Assembly: GCA_038886995.1 (NCBI GenBank)
Contig: JAWALG010000016.1
Location: forward strand, 1-22,592
Direction: 5' to 3'
DNA: 22,592 nucleotides
Source of the DNA: Candidatus Iainarchaeum sp.
GTDB taxonomy: Archaea > Iainarchaeota > Iainarchaeia > Iainarchaeales > DTGL01
Under the pieces are notes generated by a model. The model did not search any database. It was not told where the DNA came from and saw only the letters and a program-made list of their open reading frames with translations. How positions within the stretch are numbered: position 1 is the first letter of the stretch; each line of letters starts with the position of its first letter. Made by a program: the position numbers and the translations under genes. This document shows, in pieces, positions 9,013 to 17,314 of this stretch.

Positions 9013-9507
9013 TCACAGGGGGCTTTGCTTTTGGGGGTGGTTGGGTGTTGGGAGCAAAGAGGTTTTTTTAATTGTAAAAAAAACCTTCTTTCCCGCACGA
9101 ACCTTTGCAAGGTACCCTTCTCTGAATAATTTGTTTAAGCGTTGTGATGCAGCATTCACGCAGTTGTATGATAGCATCTCTTTTACATCTTCTGCGCTTA
9201 TCATTCCTTTCTGGTCTGCAAGCGCAACTATGCGCTGGTCAACATCTGCAAGTATCGTGTGCTCTTCTTGCTCTTGAGCATTCATGTATGTTTTATTTTC
9301 CAATGCTTTTAATCTCTCGTTAATTTCGGCCATTATTTTATTTGTTTGCTCCCTTTCTTTTGCAAGTTGGAAAAGCAACAGCGCAATAAAGAAAGGATCC
9401 GAGCACTGCTTTGAAATTTCCTCAATGTCTGCAGTCAATCCCTTAAATTCTTTTGCAAGCTTTTCAAGCGTTAAACCTTTATTCATGACTGGTTCTTGAT
9501 TTGTCAT
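9013..9507 (-). CDS. Coiled-coil plus C-terminal winged-helix DNA-binding protein
   Basis: DQRIVALADQKGMISAEDVKEMLSYNCVNAASQRLNKLFREGYLAKVRAGKKVFF follows the wHTH pattern; helical/coiled-coil N-terminal half. Confidence 0.8.
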   Translation of the reverse strand: MTNQEPVMNKGLTLEKLAKEFKGLTADIEEISKQCSDPFFIALLLFQLAKEREQTNKIMAEINERLKALENKTYMNAQEQEEHTILADVDQRIVALADQKGMISAEDVKEMLSYNCVNAASQRLNKLFREGYLAKVRAGKKVFFTIKKTSLLPTPNHPQKQSPL

Positions 9508-9537
9508 AATATATCATGATGTAGTCATGATTTTAAA
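9483..9537. promoter_or_regulatory. Phased TCATGA-like palindrome array (candidate operator) plus TATA box of the wHTH gene
   Basis: TCATGA 9483, TCTTGA 9494, TCATAA 9504, TCATGA 9514, TCATGA 9525 (spacings 11,10,10,11); TTTAAAA (minus strand) at 9531-9537. Confidence 0.55.
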
Positions 9538-9595
9538 GCACTTTCGGTTAATTTTATTAAAATTAGAATGCTTTAAACTTAATTTTACTAACCTT

Positions 9596-9640
9596 AATAA
9601 AAAATAAAAAAATAAATAAATGGGGCCTTTTAGGCGCCCA
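9596..9640 (-). terminator. Hairpin plus U-tract terminator of alba
   Basis: TGGGGCCT-TTT-AGGC(G)CCCA stem-loop (9621-9640) starting 3 nt after the alba stop, followed on the minus strand by TTTATTTATTTTTTATTTTTT. Confidence 0.65.
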
Positions 9641-9643
9641 AAC

Positions 9644-9940
9644 TTATTTTTTAAGCTTTATTTCCATCGCTGAAACCTTGAGCTGCTTGCCATCTTCCGA
9701 AGTGACTTCCTCTGTGGATATCTTTATGTCGTCTATTTTTGCGTCTGAGACAAACTTGTTTCTTACAATCTCTGCAACGTCGACTGCCTTGCTTATGGCC
9801 TTGCCTCTGGCTTTCACTATCACTTCATCTACGCCTTGGTTCATCTGTGTAACGACTGCAAGCACATAAGCCATTGTGCTTTTCCTACCAACAAAGACGA
9901 CATTGTCCTTGGAAATCTCATCGTTTTCTTTTTTGTTCAT
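9644..9940 (-). CDS. albA: DNA/RNA-binding protein Alba
   Basis: [41 protein letters not shown] 9940 behind a GGAGGTG RBS (98 aa). Confidence 0.96.
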   Translation of the reverse strand: MNKKENDEISKDNVVFVGRKSTMAYVLAVVTQMNQGVDEVIVKARGKAISKAVDVAEIVRNKFVSDAKIDDIKISTEEVTSEDGKQLKVSAMEIKLKK

Positions 9941-10007
9941 TGTAGCACCTCCGAATTTATTGAGCACAATCTGTGTTATCGTATTTTTTGAAAATTCACA
10001 AATCAAG

Positions 10008-10868
10008 CTACTTGAGGTATTTTATTGTATTCTGTAATATCGCTCTTGTCAAGCCAGGATCATAATTAAAGTATATAACTTTTCCCAAAAGGTGCCTTCT
10101 CTCTACAATGCCTGTATACCATTTTGCTCTATAAACATCTAAATCTGTACCTTCTTGTATATATGCTATCTCGTTTCCATGAACTGCAACATCATATACC
10201 TCAAATGGTATTGGTCCCTCGAATGGCACTGCTGGCACTCTTTCTATGCCCTCAACAATAGGGTGCTCGTAGTCAAGCGTGTAAATAGTGCCGTTTACCC
10301 TTATTGGTTGAAGGCAACTTGGAACACCTCTTATGTCTGCTGTGCACTCCACTGGTGCAATGTCACCCATGTTTGCGCGCCATCCAACAACTTCAGGGGC
10401 ATCACTCCTGAGTATGCCTGAATTCCCAACAATTATTAGTTTGCCACCTTTTCTAACATATTCTTCTAAGGCGCTGCCTAACTGCCTTGAGAGATATGGC
10501 CTAAATGAGCTGTTTGTTTGATCTAGCATAACCATGTCATATTGAGAAAGCATATGCTCTGGCGTTATGCCTAGAAAGTCAGTATCCCTGTAAGTGGGTC
10601 TTACTAAATCCTTTGATGCATTCAAAGCTTCCATAGTTAGTTGGCTCGGTCTTCCAAGTACTAGCATTTTTGCAGGTCTGTTAAAATCCAAGCCAGGTAT
10701 GTCCCACAGGCCAATCCAGGCGCCAGCAAGAACTGCCACTATAACAAGAAGTATGAGCGGTATTAGGCCTTCAAAGTGATATTTCACTTTGCTTTTGAAA
10801 CCACCGCCTTGCGGTGTAAACGCTTGCTCTTCTCCACCTTCATCATACATGTCTGCCACCTTTACCAT
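10008..10868 (-). CDS. Membrane-anchored protein with class-I glutamine-amidotransferase-like (ThuA/DUF4350-like) domain
   Basis: One N-terminal TM ([19 protein letters not shown]); LSQYDMVML...[15 protein letters not shown] pattern; GKVIYF near the C-terminus. Confidence 0.65.
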   Translation of the reverse strand: MVKVADMYDEGGEEQAFTPQGGGFKSKVKYHFEGLIPLILLVIVAVLAGAWIGLWDIPGLDFNRPAKMLVLGRPSQLTMEALNASKDLVRPTYRDTDFLGITPEHMLSQYDMVMLDQTNSSFRPYLSRQLGSALEEYVRKGGKLIIVGNSGILRSDAPEVVGWRANMGDIAPVECTADIRGVPSCLQPIRVNGTIYTLDYEHPIVEGIERVPAVPFEGPIPFEVYDVAVHGNEIAYIQEGTDLDVYRAKWYTGIVERRHLLGKVIYFNYDPGLTRAILQNTIKYLK

Positions 10869-10936
10869 CCCTTATTATTTATAGCTTTTTTGTTTTTTAA
10901 CTTTTTCTTTGCTTTTATGAGCAAATATAACACAAA

Positions 10937-12043
10937 TTATGGCTCTCGGTATTTAAAAACCTTTTGTTTACTCTGCCTGGTGCTGCTATTGCAATTGATA
11001 ACCTCACTACTTGCTTTTCTAAGGCGGTTCATTACTGCAAGGCCTAGGCCTTTTTCATCAATTGCATTTGTAACAATAATCTCAACCCTCTCAGAATCAA
11101 ATTTCCTCAGGGAAAAAAACAAGCGCTTTGCGATTTCCTTTTTGCCATATAGGGCTATTATTTTGACCTTTTCATTGCCTGGCTTAACCACTTTTATACG
11201 CTTACGCGTTCTAAGTAAAAGCAATGCGGTATTTTTTCCTTCAGATGACTTTGCCAGGGCAATTTTTTCTGCCTCAAGGGCTGCCTTTTCTTCAGGACCC
11301 TCAACAAGTATCATCTTGGCTTTAGGTGCGTAATGCCTATATTTTGTGCCAGGCGACCTTGGTGTTGAAGCTTTCCCTTTAGCCATTGCTATTTTGCCCA
11401 CTTTAATTTTTCCACATACTGCTCTAATGTCTTCTGCAGTAACGCCGCCAGGTCTAAGAATCTCAGGTACTTTGCTGCTCATATCAATCACTGTTGATTC
11501 AAGGCCTATATCTGTATTGCCTGCATCAATAATGCATTCAACCTTGCCAATCAATTCTTCAATTGCATGCTCTCCTGAAGTTATGCTTGGCCTTCCAGAG
11601 ATGTTTGCTGACGGCGCCGCTATCGGAACTCCGGCTTCTTTGCAAAGCGCTCTAGCAACCTTGTGGGAAGGCATCCTTACTGCCACAGTGTTAAGGCCAC
11701 AGGTGACTTCAGGGGGGATAAGCAGCTTTTTTTTGAATATCATTGTTAGCGCTCCAGGCCAGAATTTATCTGCAAGTTTTTTTGCTTTATCTGGCACTTC
11801 TTGCGTTATATCGTTCAATTGTTTTTTGCTGTATATATGCACAATAAGTGGGTTATCACTAGGCCTACCTTTTGTCTCGAATATGCGCTTAACAGCTTTT
11901 CTATTGAATGCGTTTGCCCCCAAGCCATAAACCGTTTCAGTTGGAAAAACCACTAGGCCGCCGCCTTTTATTATGCTTGCTGCCTTTTTGATTTTTGCTT
12001 GCTCAGGCCTTTTTGGATCTACTTTCAGAACAATGGTTTTCAT
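10937..12043 (-). CDS. sua5: Threonylcarbamoyl-AMP synthase Sua5 (YrdC plus Sua5 domains)
   Basis: VFPTETVYGLGA, KGRPSDNPLIVH, FWPGALT, AAPSANISG, GLESTVID, SPGTKYRHYAP, AVMNRLRKA. Confidence 0.97.
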   Translation of the reverse strand: MKTIVLKVDPKRPEQAKIKKAASIIKGGGLVVFPTETVYGLGANAFNRKAVKRIFETKGRPSDNPLIVHIYSKKQLNDITQEVPDKAKKLADKFWPGALTMIFKKKLLIPPEVTCGLNTVAVRMPSHKVARALCKEAGVPIAAPSANISGRPSITSGEHAIEELIGKVECIIDAGNTDIGLESTVIDMSSKVPEILRPGGVTAEDIRAVCGKIKVGKIAMAKGKASTPRSPGTKYRHYAPKAKMILVEGPEEKAALEAEKIALAKSSEGKNTALLLLRTRKRIKVVKPGNEKVKIIALYGKKEIAKRLFFSLRKFDSERVEIIVTNAIDEKGLGLAVMNRLRKASSEVINCNSSTRQSKQKVFKYREP

Positions 12044-12082
12044 AAAGTAATTAAGCCGTTGATTGTTTAAAAAAAGGCACCT

Positions 12083-13051
12083 TTATCCATAAAGCATTCC
12101 AATGAACATCTTTTCTAATATTGTCGGGTATCTGTTTTCCTTAGGCAATGACTCGTGCATAAAATACTCCGGCGGCATAGCATAATAAGCTACATTTTCT
12201 CCAATTTTTAGCCCAATGATATTTCCTTTTGCATTTGTAACAATAAATGGAAGTGTTTTCCCATATGACTTTCCATTGTGTGTAACATTTGCGCCAGTGT
12301 TTAGCACCATTATGCTTGTGCTTGTGCCCTTTTCAATTGTTTTTACAACAGCAAAGTCAGTTTCTGGAGTTATGTAGAATGTTAGTGAAGGTGAAATGCC
12401 ATAAACAAATGGGTTGTCTGGGCTTAGCGGCATGAGATTTCCAACCAAGGTTTCATGGCTAACCTCCCCTATTATATCCTTATAATTGCAGACGTACTCT
12501 AGCGAAAGGAGCTCATTCAAAAGTATTGCTGTATCCTCATGCTTCCTGGCCCATGGGTTTATAACAGTGTGCGGCTTATTTGAGTCCCCAAGTTCATCTC
12601 CATAAAGAAACTCCTCATCTGAAAAGGCCTCAGCTGCTGCATCGCCAGTCCATATTAGATTGCCCCCTTGGTTTGCGTATTCTACAAACATTCTCACCTT
12701 TTCAGAGCTCATCTTCCTTGCTTTTTCAACAATCACAAGGTCATATTCTTTTAAATTCCCAGCTTTAAGCATGTCTATGTTTCTTATGTCAGGTCTCACT
12801 CCTAGTGACCTTGGGTTTGACATCAATGTTTTCAATAGCTCAGGATCACCTAAGCCATCTTCGCCTACTGCAATTAACACTTTTGGTTTGCCCCTTATCG
12901 CATAGTATATACCACACCAACCAGGAAGCGACTTGCATTTCAATGTATTCGTCCATGTAAGGATATAGAGCAGCACGAACACCAGAAGTAGAAATACAAA
13001 TATCCTTGCTGCAAGTTTTGTAATATCTGTGTTTGCGCCAACACTAACCAT
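12083..13051 (-). CDS. Membrane-anchored protein with GATase-like (ThuA/DUF4350-like) domain; probable paralog of 10008..10868
   Basis: One N-terminal TM; LKEYDLVIV...FVEYANQGGNLIWTG; CKSLPGWC next to the membrane. Confidence 0.65.
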   Translation of the reverse strand: MVSVGANTDITKLAARIFVFLLLVFVLLYILTWTNTLKCKSLPGWCGIYYAIRGKPKVLIAVGEDGLGDPELLKTLMSNPRSLGVRPDIRNIDMLKAGNLKEYDLVIVEKARKMSSEKVRMFVEYANQGGNLIWTGDAAAEAFSDEEFLYGDELGDSNKPHTVINPWARKHEDTAILLNELLSLEYVCNYKDIIGEVSHETLVGNLMPLSPDNPFVYGISPSLTFYITPETDFAVVKTIEKGTSTSIMVLNTGANVTHNGKSYGKTLPFIVTNAKGNIIGLKIGENVAYYAMPPEYFMHESLPKENRYPTILEKMFIGMLYG

Positions 13052-13072
13052 ACTTTTAAATAAGTTCTTCTC

Positions 13073-13080
13073 TTTATAAA
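13073..13080. promoter_or_regulatory. Palindromic TATA box between divergent genes
   Basis: TTTATAAA lies 22-29 nt upstream of ATG 13051 (-) and about 34 nt upstream of the sec61beta ATG 13114 (+). Confidence 0.5.
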
Positions 13081-13113
13081 ATTATATTGTTTAGGTTTTA
13101 GGGGCGGTTTTAG

Positions 13114-13287
13114 ATGGTGAAACTTGGCAAAGGCAAAAAAGCATATGCACCTAGCGGTGCTCTAGGAATAATGCGCTTCTTCGATGCTGACACAAAAGCG
13201 CCACAGATAAGGCCAGAGTTGCTTATAATAATAATAGTGGCTATAATTATAGGAATTTTGGCAATAAATTATATTGGATTAAAATAG
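13114..13287 (+). CDS. secG: Protein translocase subunit Sec61beta/SecG (57 aa; absent from the ORF track)
   Basis: Translated by hand: MVKLGKGKKAYAPSGALGIMRFFDADTKAPQIRPELLIIIIVAIIIGILAINYIGLK; GIMRFFD...IRPE plus one TM is the Sec61beta signature; GGGGCGG RBS. Confidence 0.9.
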   Translation: MVKLGKGKKAYAPSGALGIMRFFDADTKAPQIRPELLIIIIVAIIIGILAINYIGLK

Positions 13288-13308
13288 TTGTTTGTTAATG
13301 CTTTCTGC

Positions 13309-13400
13309 GGGCGTGTAGCTCAGTTGGCAGAGCAATGGTCTTATAAAGGCAAAAACCTTAAGTGCACCATCGGTCGCAGGTTCGAGTCCTGCCACGCCCA
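13309..13400 (+). tRNA. tRNA-Ile(UAU) with a 19-nt intron at 37/38 (13346-13364)
   Basis: Acceptor GGGCGTG/CACGCCC plus discriminator A; D-arm GCTC/GAGC; anticodon stem ATGGT/ACCAT; anticodon TAT at 13342-13344; T-arm GCAGG-TTCGAGT-CCTGC; BHB: CTTA/TAAG helix, TAA and TGC bulges, AGG/CCT outer helix; CCA not encoded. Confidence 0.93.
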
Positions 13401-13407
13401 ATTAACA

Positions 13408-13602
13408 CTACTTGTGATCTTTATACAGCTTTGCTTTTATTCCAAAGATTCCTGCAAGTATAAAAGAAGAAAACATGCAGATTAGGATGTTTGTATCCAA
13501 TTCAGCGCCGCTCACAATCATTAAGGCGTTTATCGCCATTGTAAAAGCACCACAGCCAAGAAAGCACCATTCCACATACATCCATTTTTTCCATTCCTCC
13601 AT
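13408..13602 (-). CDS. Small two-TM membrane protein (64 aa)
   Basis: Two hydrophobic segments; AGGTGA RBS; ATG abuts the upstream stop codon. Confidence 0.7.
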   Translation of the reverse strand: MEEWKKWMYVEWCFLGCGAFTMAINALMIVSGAELDTNILICMFSSFILAGIFGIKAKLYKDHK

Positions 13603-14337
13603 TTAATCACCTTTCGCTGCTTTTTTCCTTTTCTTCTCTGTCGGTTTTTTTAATTCCGTTATTATCTCTTTGGCTTCATCTTTTAGTGCAAGCCCAAAGC
13701 CGATGCCGACAGCAATTGCTATAGCAATCGCTATGCTGCCGAAAACTATTACAAAAGCATAGTGCAGCACCGTGGTATTTACTCCAGGCATAATCTCAAC
13801 AGCCATTATGACTGATATAAAAACAACAAATGCTTCAGCTACTAGGCCTAAGATTTTCCCTATTTTCTCGACAGAATTTTCAATGGTGTTCCTTATATAA
13901 CGGCCTATTACGAGCCCTGACAATAGGATAACAATGGCTAAAAGCATCAATAAAATAACATAGATTATCCAGTGCAACGTGCTTCTCAGAATATCATATC
14001 TCATAAGCTCGGCGCCCTGTGCCATAAAAAGGAGTATTATTGACCAGTGCAATATGTTGCCAAGTATAGATGTCAAGGTTTTCGCAGTGACTATTTGGAG
14101 AAGGTTTTGTTCTTCGAGCCATTCTTCTATTCGCATATTTGCTGTGGTTCTTAAAAACAGCTTTTTTAGTATTAGGCCAACGATGTATCCGATAAGGGCC
14201 AATATTATAAAACCGAGTAGCCCAGGCAACGCACGATAAAGCTCATCAAAAAGCTTTGTAACAGTATCTTGAAGCAAATCCGCCTTTTCTACTGCCAAGC
14301 ATAGCATAATGTTCAAAATAACTCTTGTTGAAAACAT
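13603..14337 (-). CDS. Multi-TM protein with MscS-type 'conserved TM helix' repeats (CmpX-like); exact start uncertain
   Basis: LPGLLGFIILALIGYIVG and LLAIVILLSGLVIGRYIRN repeats, IAIAVGIGFGLALKD; no MscS cytoplasmic beta domain. Confidence 0.7.
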   Translation of the reverse strand: MFSTRVILNIMLCLAVEKADLLQDTVTKLFDELYRALPGLLGFIILALIGYIVGLILKKLFLRTTANMRIEEWLEEQNLLQIVTAKTLTSILGNILHWSIILLFMAQGAELMRYDILRSTLHWIIYVILLMLLAIVILLSGLVIGRYIRNTIENSVEKIGKILGLVAEAFVVFISVIMAVEIMPGVNTTVLHYAFVIVFGSIAIAIAIAVGIGFGLALKDEAKEIITELKKPTEKKRKKAAKGD

Positions 14338-14865
14338 TTAAATCCTTTTCATAAGCTCGTCGATTGCCTTTTCAAAGTCAGATATTGTTGAATTATTTTT
14401 AACCACAAGCTCAGATGCCTTTAAAACCCTGTCAAGCCCTTTATTCATAAGGTCATCATTGTCCCTTGCAAAGAATTCATTCTCATTTTTCGGATCGAGT
14501 TCACTGCGTCTTGAGAACCTTAGCTCCCTTGCTGCTTCGACCCTCACAATATAAAATTTTTCTGAGACCTTCTCAAGCTCCGCAAGTTCTTCAAGTGATC
14601 TTGCGCCGGTAACAACAACCTTCTCGTTGCCTCTTATGATTTGAGCCATTTTTGCCCCAAAAACACCCATACCAAATTTCTGGCGCATGCTGTTGCCAAA
14701 CTTTCCTGCATTTGCTTTTGTTGGCTTTATCTTCTGTTCTTTCATCAGTGGCACTATCACATCAGAATAGAAATCGAACCTTTTGAAACCATATTTTCTT
14801 TCAAGATAGCTTGCAAAGGTATCTTTGCCACTTCTGGCTAGGCCAACTACTGCTATAATTAGCAT
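14338..14865 (-). CDS. P-loop nucleotide kinase-like protein (dephospho-CoA kinase-like / UPF0200-type)
   Basis: MLIIAVVGLARSGKDT Walker A, VVTGARSLEE, RFSR lid, VKNNST; start set to ATG 14865. Confidence 0.8.
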   Translation of the reverse strand: MLIIAVVGLARSGKDTFASYLERKYGFKRFDFYSDVIVPLMKEQKIKPTKANAGKFGNSMRQKFGMGVFGAKMAQIIRGNEKVVVTGARSLEELAELEKVSEKFYIVRVEAARELRFSRRSELDPKNENEFFARDNDDLMNKGLDRVLKASELVVKNNSTISDFEKAIDELMKRI

Positions 14866-14868
14866 AAA

Positions 14869-14923
14869 ATGAAAAAAAGAAGAATAAGTATAAAAAAATA
14901 GTGGAAAGGGCCTATTCAGGCCC
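14869..14923 (-). terminator. Hairpin plus U-tract terminator of the thermosome gene
   Basis: Perfect stem GGGCCT-ATTC-AGGCCC (14908-14923) 7 nt after the stop, followed on the minus strand by two T7 tracts. Confidence 0.65.
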
Positions 14924-14930
14924 AATAGCT

Positions 14931-16571
14931 TTAATCGAATTCACCGCTGCTTTCAGGGCTCTCACTTGGGCCTTTTGACTTGCTCTTTGAAGATCCCGCA
15001 ATGATGTCATCTATGCGCAATATCATCTCTGCAACTTCTGAGGCAGATGTTATTGCTTGTGTTTTCACTGCTAATGGCTCAATTACTTTAAGCTTGTTCA
15101 TCTCCACAATCTTTGCCTTGTATACATCAATGCCGAAGTATTTGCCGCTCTTTTCTCTGTGTTTTGCCCTGAGCTCAACTAGCGTATCTATTGGGTCCAT
15201 TCCTGCGGTCTCAGCTAGTGCTTTAGGTATTACCTCTAAAGCATCTGCGAAGGCCTCAATAGCAAGCTGCTCTCTGCCCCCAATTGTGGTAGCATAATTG
15301 CGCAGCTGCATTGACAGCTCCATCTCTATGCTGCCTCCGCCGCTAACAATCTTGCCACTCTTCACCGCAGCACTGACTGTACCTATTGCGTCGTTAACTG
15401 CCCTTTCAGCTTCAGCAGCGACATGCTCTGTTCCGCCTCTTATGAGTATTGTCACTGACTTTGGGTTTTTGCAGTCCCTTACGAAAACCATTGATTCGCC
15501 GCCGAACTTCTTTTCTTCAACAACCTTCGCATAACCAAGGTCGTCCTTGCTTATGTCTTTTATTCTTGTTACGATCTTAGCACCTGTTGCTTTGGCAAGC
15601 TTTTCCATGTCTGATTTTGTTACGCGCCTTACCGCAATGATGCCTGCTTTTGCAAGGAAGTGCTGTGCCAAGTCATCTATGCCTTTCTGGCAGAAAACAC
15701 AATTGGCGCCTGCCTTCTTTATGCTCTCAACCATGTCTTTTAGCATGCCCTCTTCTTTCTCAATGAATGCTTGCAATTGCTCAGGATCAGAGATGCTTAT
15801 CTCTGCATCTGTTTCTGTTTCCTTGATTTCTAAAGCAGAGTCGATAAGCGCGATCTTTGCATTTTCAAGATACTTAGGCATGTCGCTGTGCACAATCTCC
15901 TTATCAACAACTATTCCATTTATGAGTTCGCTTTCGCTTAGGTTTCCGCCTTCTTTCTTCTCTACTTTTATCATTTCTTTGTCTATCACATACTTGTTGT
16001 CCCTTTTTTCAGCGACCTGCATTACTGCGTTAACTATCATTGTTGCAAGGCCCTCAACTGATTCTGTGCCGCATTTGCCAGTCATAGAGGTTGATGCAAT
16101 GCTTCTGAGCGTGTTTTTGTCCTCTATGGATATGGTGTCTGCTGTTGCCTCGGCTATTTCACATGCTTTTTTTGCTGCCAACCTATAACCCTTTATAATG
16201 ATGCTTGGGTGTATTCCATCAGCCAAGAGCTTCTCTGCGTTTTCAAGCAATGACCCAGCTAGCACTACTGCTGTTGTTGTGCCGTCGCCAACCTCTTCGT
16301 CTTGCGTCTTGGCAACTTCTACAAGCATCTTTCCAACCGGGTGCTCAACATCCATCTCATCAAGTATTGTTGCGCCGTCGTTGCTTATTGTTACGTCTCC
16401 GAGCTCGTTCACAATCATCTTGTCCATTCCTTTAGGGCCCAGAGTTGTTTTTACTGCTTCAGCAACGGCTTTTGCAACAAGGATGTTTATTGCCTGTGCA
16501 TCTTTGCCTCTTGTCCTTTTTGCTCCCTCAGAAAGAAAAATAACAGGCCTTTGGTTTGTATCCTGCACCAT
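14931..16571 (-). CDS. ths: Thermosome (group II chaperonin) subunit
   Basis: [63 protein letters not shown]. Confidence 0.98.
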   Translation of the reverse strand: MVQDTNQRPVIFLSEGAKRTRGKDAQAINILVAKAVAEAVKTTLGPKGMDKMIVNELGDVTISNDGATILDEMDVEHPVGKMLVEVAKTQDEEVGDGTTTAVVLAGSLLENAEKLLADGIHPSIIIKGYRLAAKKACEIAEATADTISIEDKNTLRSIASTSMTGKCGTESVEGLATMIVNAVMQVAEKRDNKYVIDKEMIKVEKKEGGNLSESELINGIVVDKEIVHSDMPKYLENAKIALIDSALEIKETETDAEISISDPEQLQAFIEKEEGMLKDMVESIKKAGANCVFCQKGIDDLAQHFLAKAGIIAVRRVTKSDMEKLAKATGAKIVTRIKDISKDDLGYAKVVEEKKFGGESMVFVRDCKNPKSVTILIRGGTEHVAAEAERAVNDAIGTVSAAVKSGKIVSGGGSIEMELSMQLRNYATTIGGREQLAIEAFADALEVIPKALAETAGMDPIDTLVELRAKHREKSGKYFGIDVYKAKIVEMNKLKVIEPLAVKTQAITSASEVAEMILRIDDIIAGSSKSKSKGPSESPESSGEFD

Positions 16572-16699
16572 TTTTTCACCTCCAAAAATATGTTTAGATG
16601 TAGAAAAAAACCAAATATGGTGTTTAATACATAATTTAGAATACTATAAAAAGAAAAAAGTAAGAAAGATTTTAAAATCTAACCTGGTGTTTTGCTATT

Positions 16700-17314
16700 A
16701 TGTGTTCCAAGGTCACAATAAAACCTAAGAAAAAAGTCATTCTCGCGACAATGTCTTCTTCAAGAAGGGCCTCTTTTGCGTTATTAGGGCTAGAATTTGA
16801 AGCAGTTGCCTCAAATCTTGATGAGGATATTATCTCCGAAGCCAATCCAAAAAAGCGTGTTGCTAAGCTCTCAGAGATGAAAGCAAAAGCTGTTGCAGAG
16901 AAATTCAAAAATTCTGTTGTGATAGGCGCTGATTTGATTGTAGTGCTTAAAGGCAAAGTATATGAAAAGCCTAAAGATTTGAAGGAAGCTTCTGCTATGC
17001 TAAAAAGGTTTTCAGGCAAGGAGGTTGAAATTCTTGCAGGCGTAACAGTAATTGATTCGGACTCTGGAAGGAAATTGTCCAAAGTTAAGAGTTGCAAGGT
17101 CAAGTTTATGAAATTAAGTGATTGTCTGATTGAAAACTACATAAATAATTACCCGGTTCTTTCATTCTCAGGCGCATTTGATGGTAATGCTGTGCTAATA
17201 TTCTCGGAGAACATTAGTGGTGATGCACTTTTTTATTCAGGTCTGCCTTTGGCAGAGGTCTATAAAATGCTAGTAAAGCTAGGTGCATTGGATGATTCAA
17301 CCAAATCAGAATGA
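16700..17314 (+). CDS. maf: Maf family nucleoside-triphosphate pyrophosphatase
   Basis: [41 protein letters not shown]. Confidence 0.9.
   Translation: MCSKVTIKPKKKVILATMSSSRRASFALLGLEFEAVASNLDEDIISEANPKKRVAKLSEMKAKAVAEKFKNSVVIGADLIVVLKGKVYEKPKDLKEASAMLKRFSGKEVEILAGVTVIDSDSGRKLSKVKSCKVKFMKLSDCLIENYINNYPVLSFSGAFDGNAVLIFSENISGDALFYSGLPLAEVYKMLVKLGALDDSTKSE

Noticed and set aside
9483-9530. Short repeats considered as a mini-CRISPR array
   Set aside because: The units are 6 bp with 4-5 bp gaps; no 25-40 bp repeats, spacers or cas genes
10776-11930. 185-aa and 194-aa + strand ORFs opposite sua5
   Set aside because: Antisense shadows of a well-supported gene; no recognisable domain
13342-13344. 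Alternative reading of the intron-containing tRNA as a UUA (ochre suppressor) anticodon
   Set aside because: The stem register ATGGT/ACCAT and the BHB geometry place C32-U33 at 13340-13341, so the anticodon is UAU
13288-13485. 65-aa ORF downstream of secG
   Set aside because: It runs through the tRNA-Ile gene and is spurious
14980-16728. Chain of long + strand ORFs (105, 78, 213 and 176 aa) antisense to the thermosome gene
   Set aside because: Ser/Ala/Ile-rich mirror-frame shadow ORFs of a conserved gene; no motifs or initiation signals
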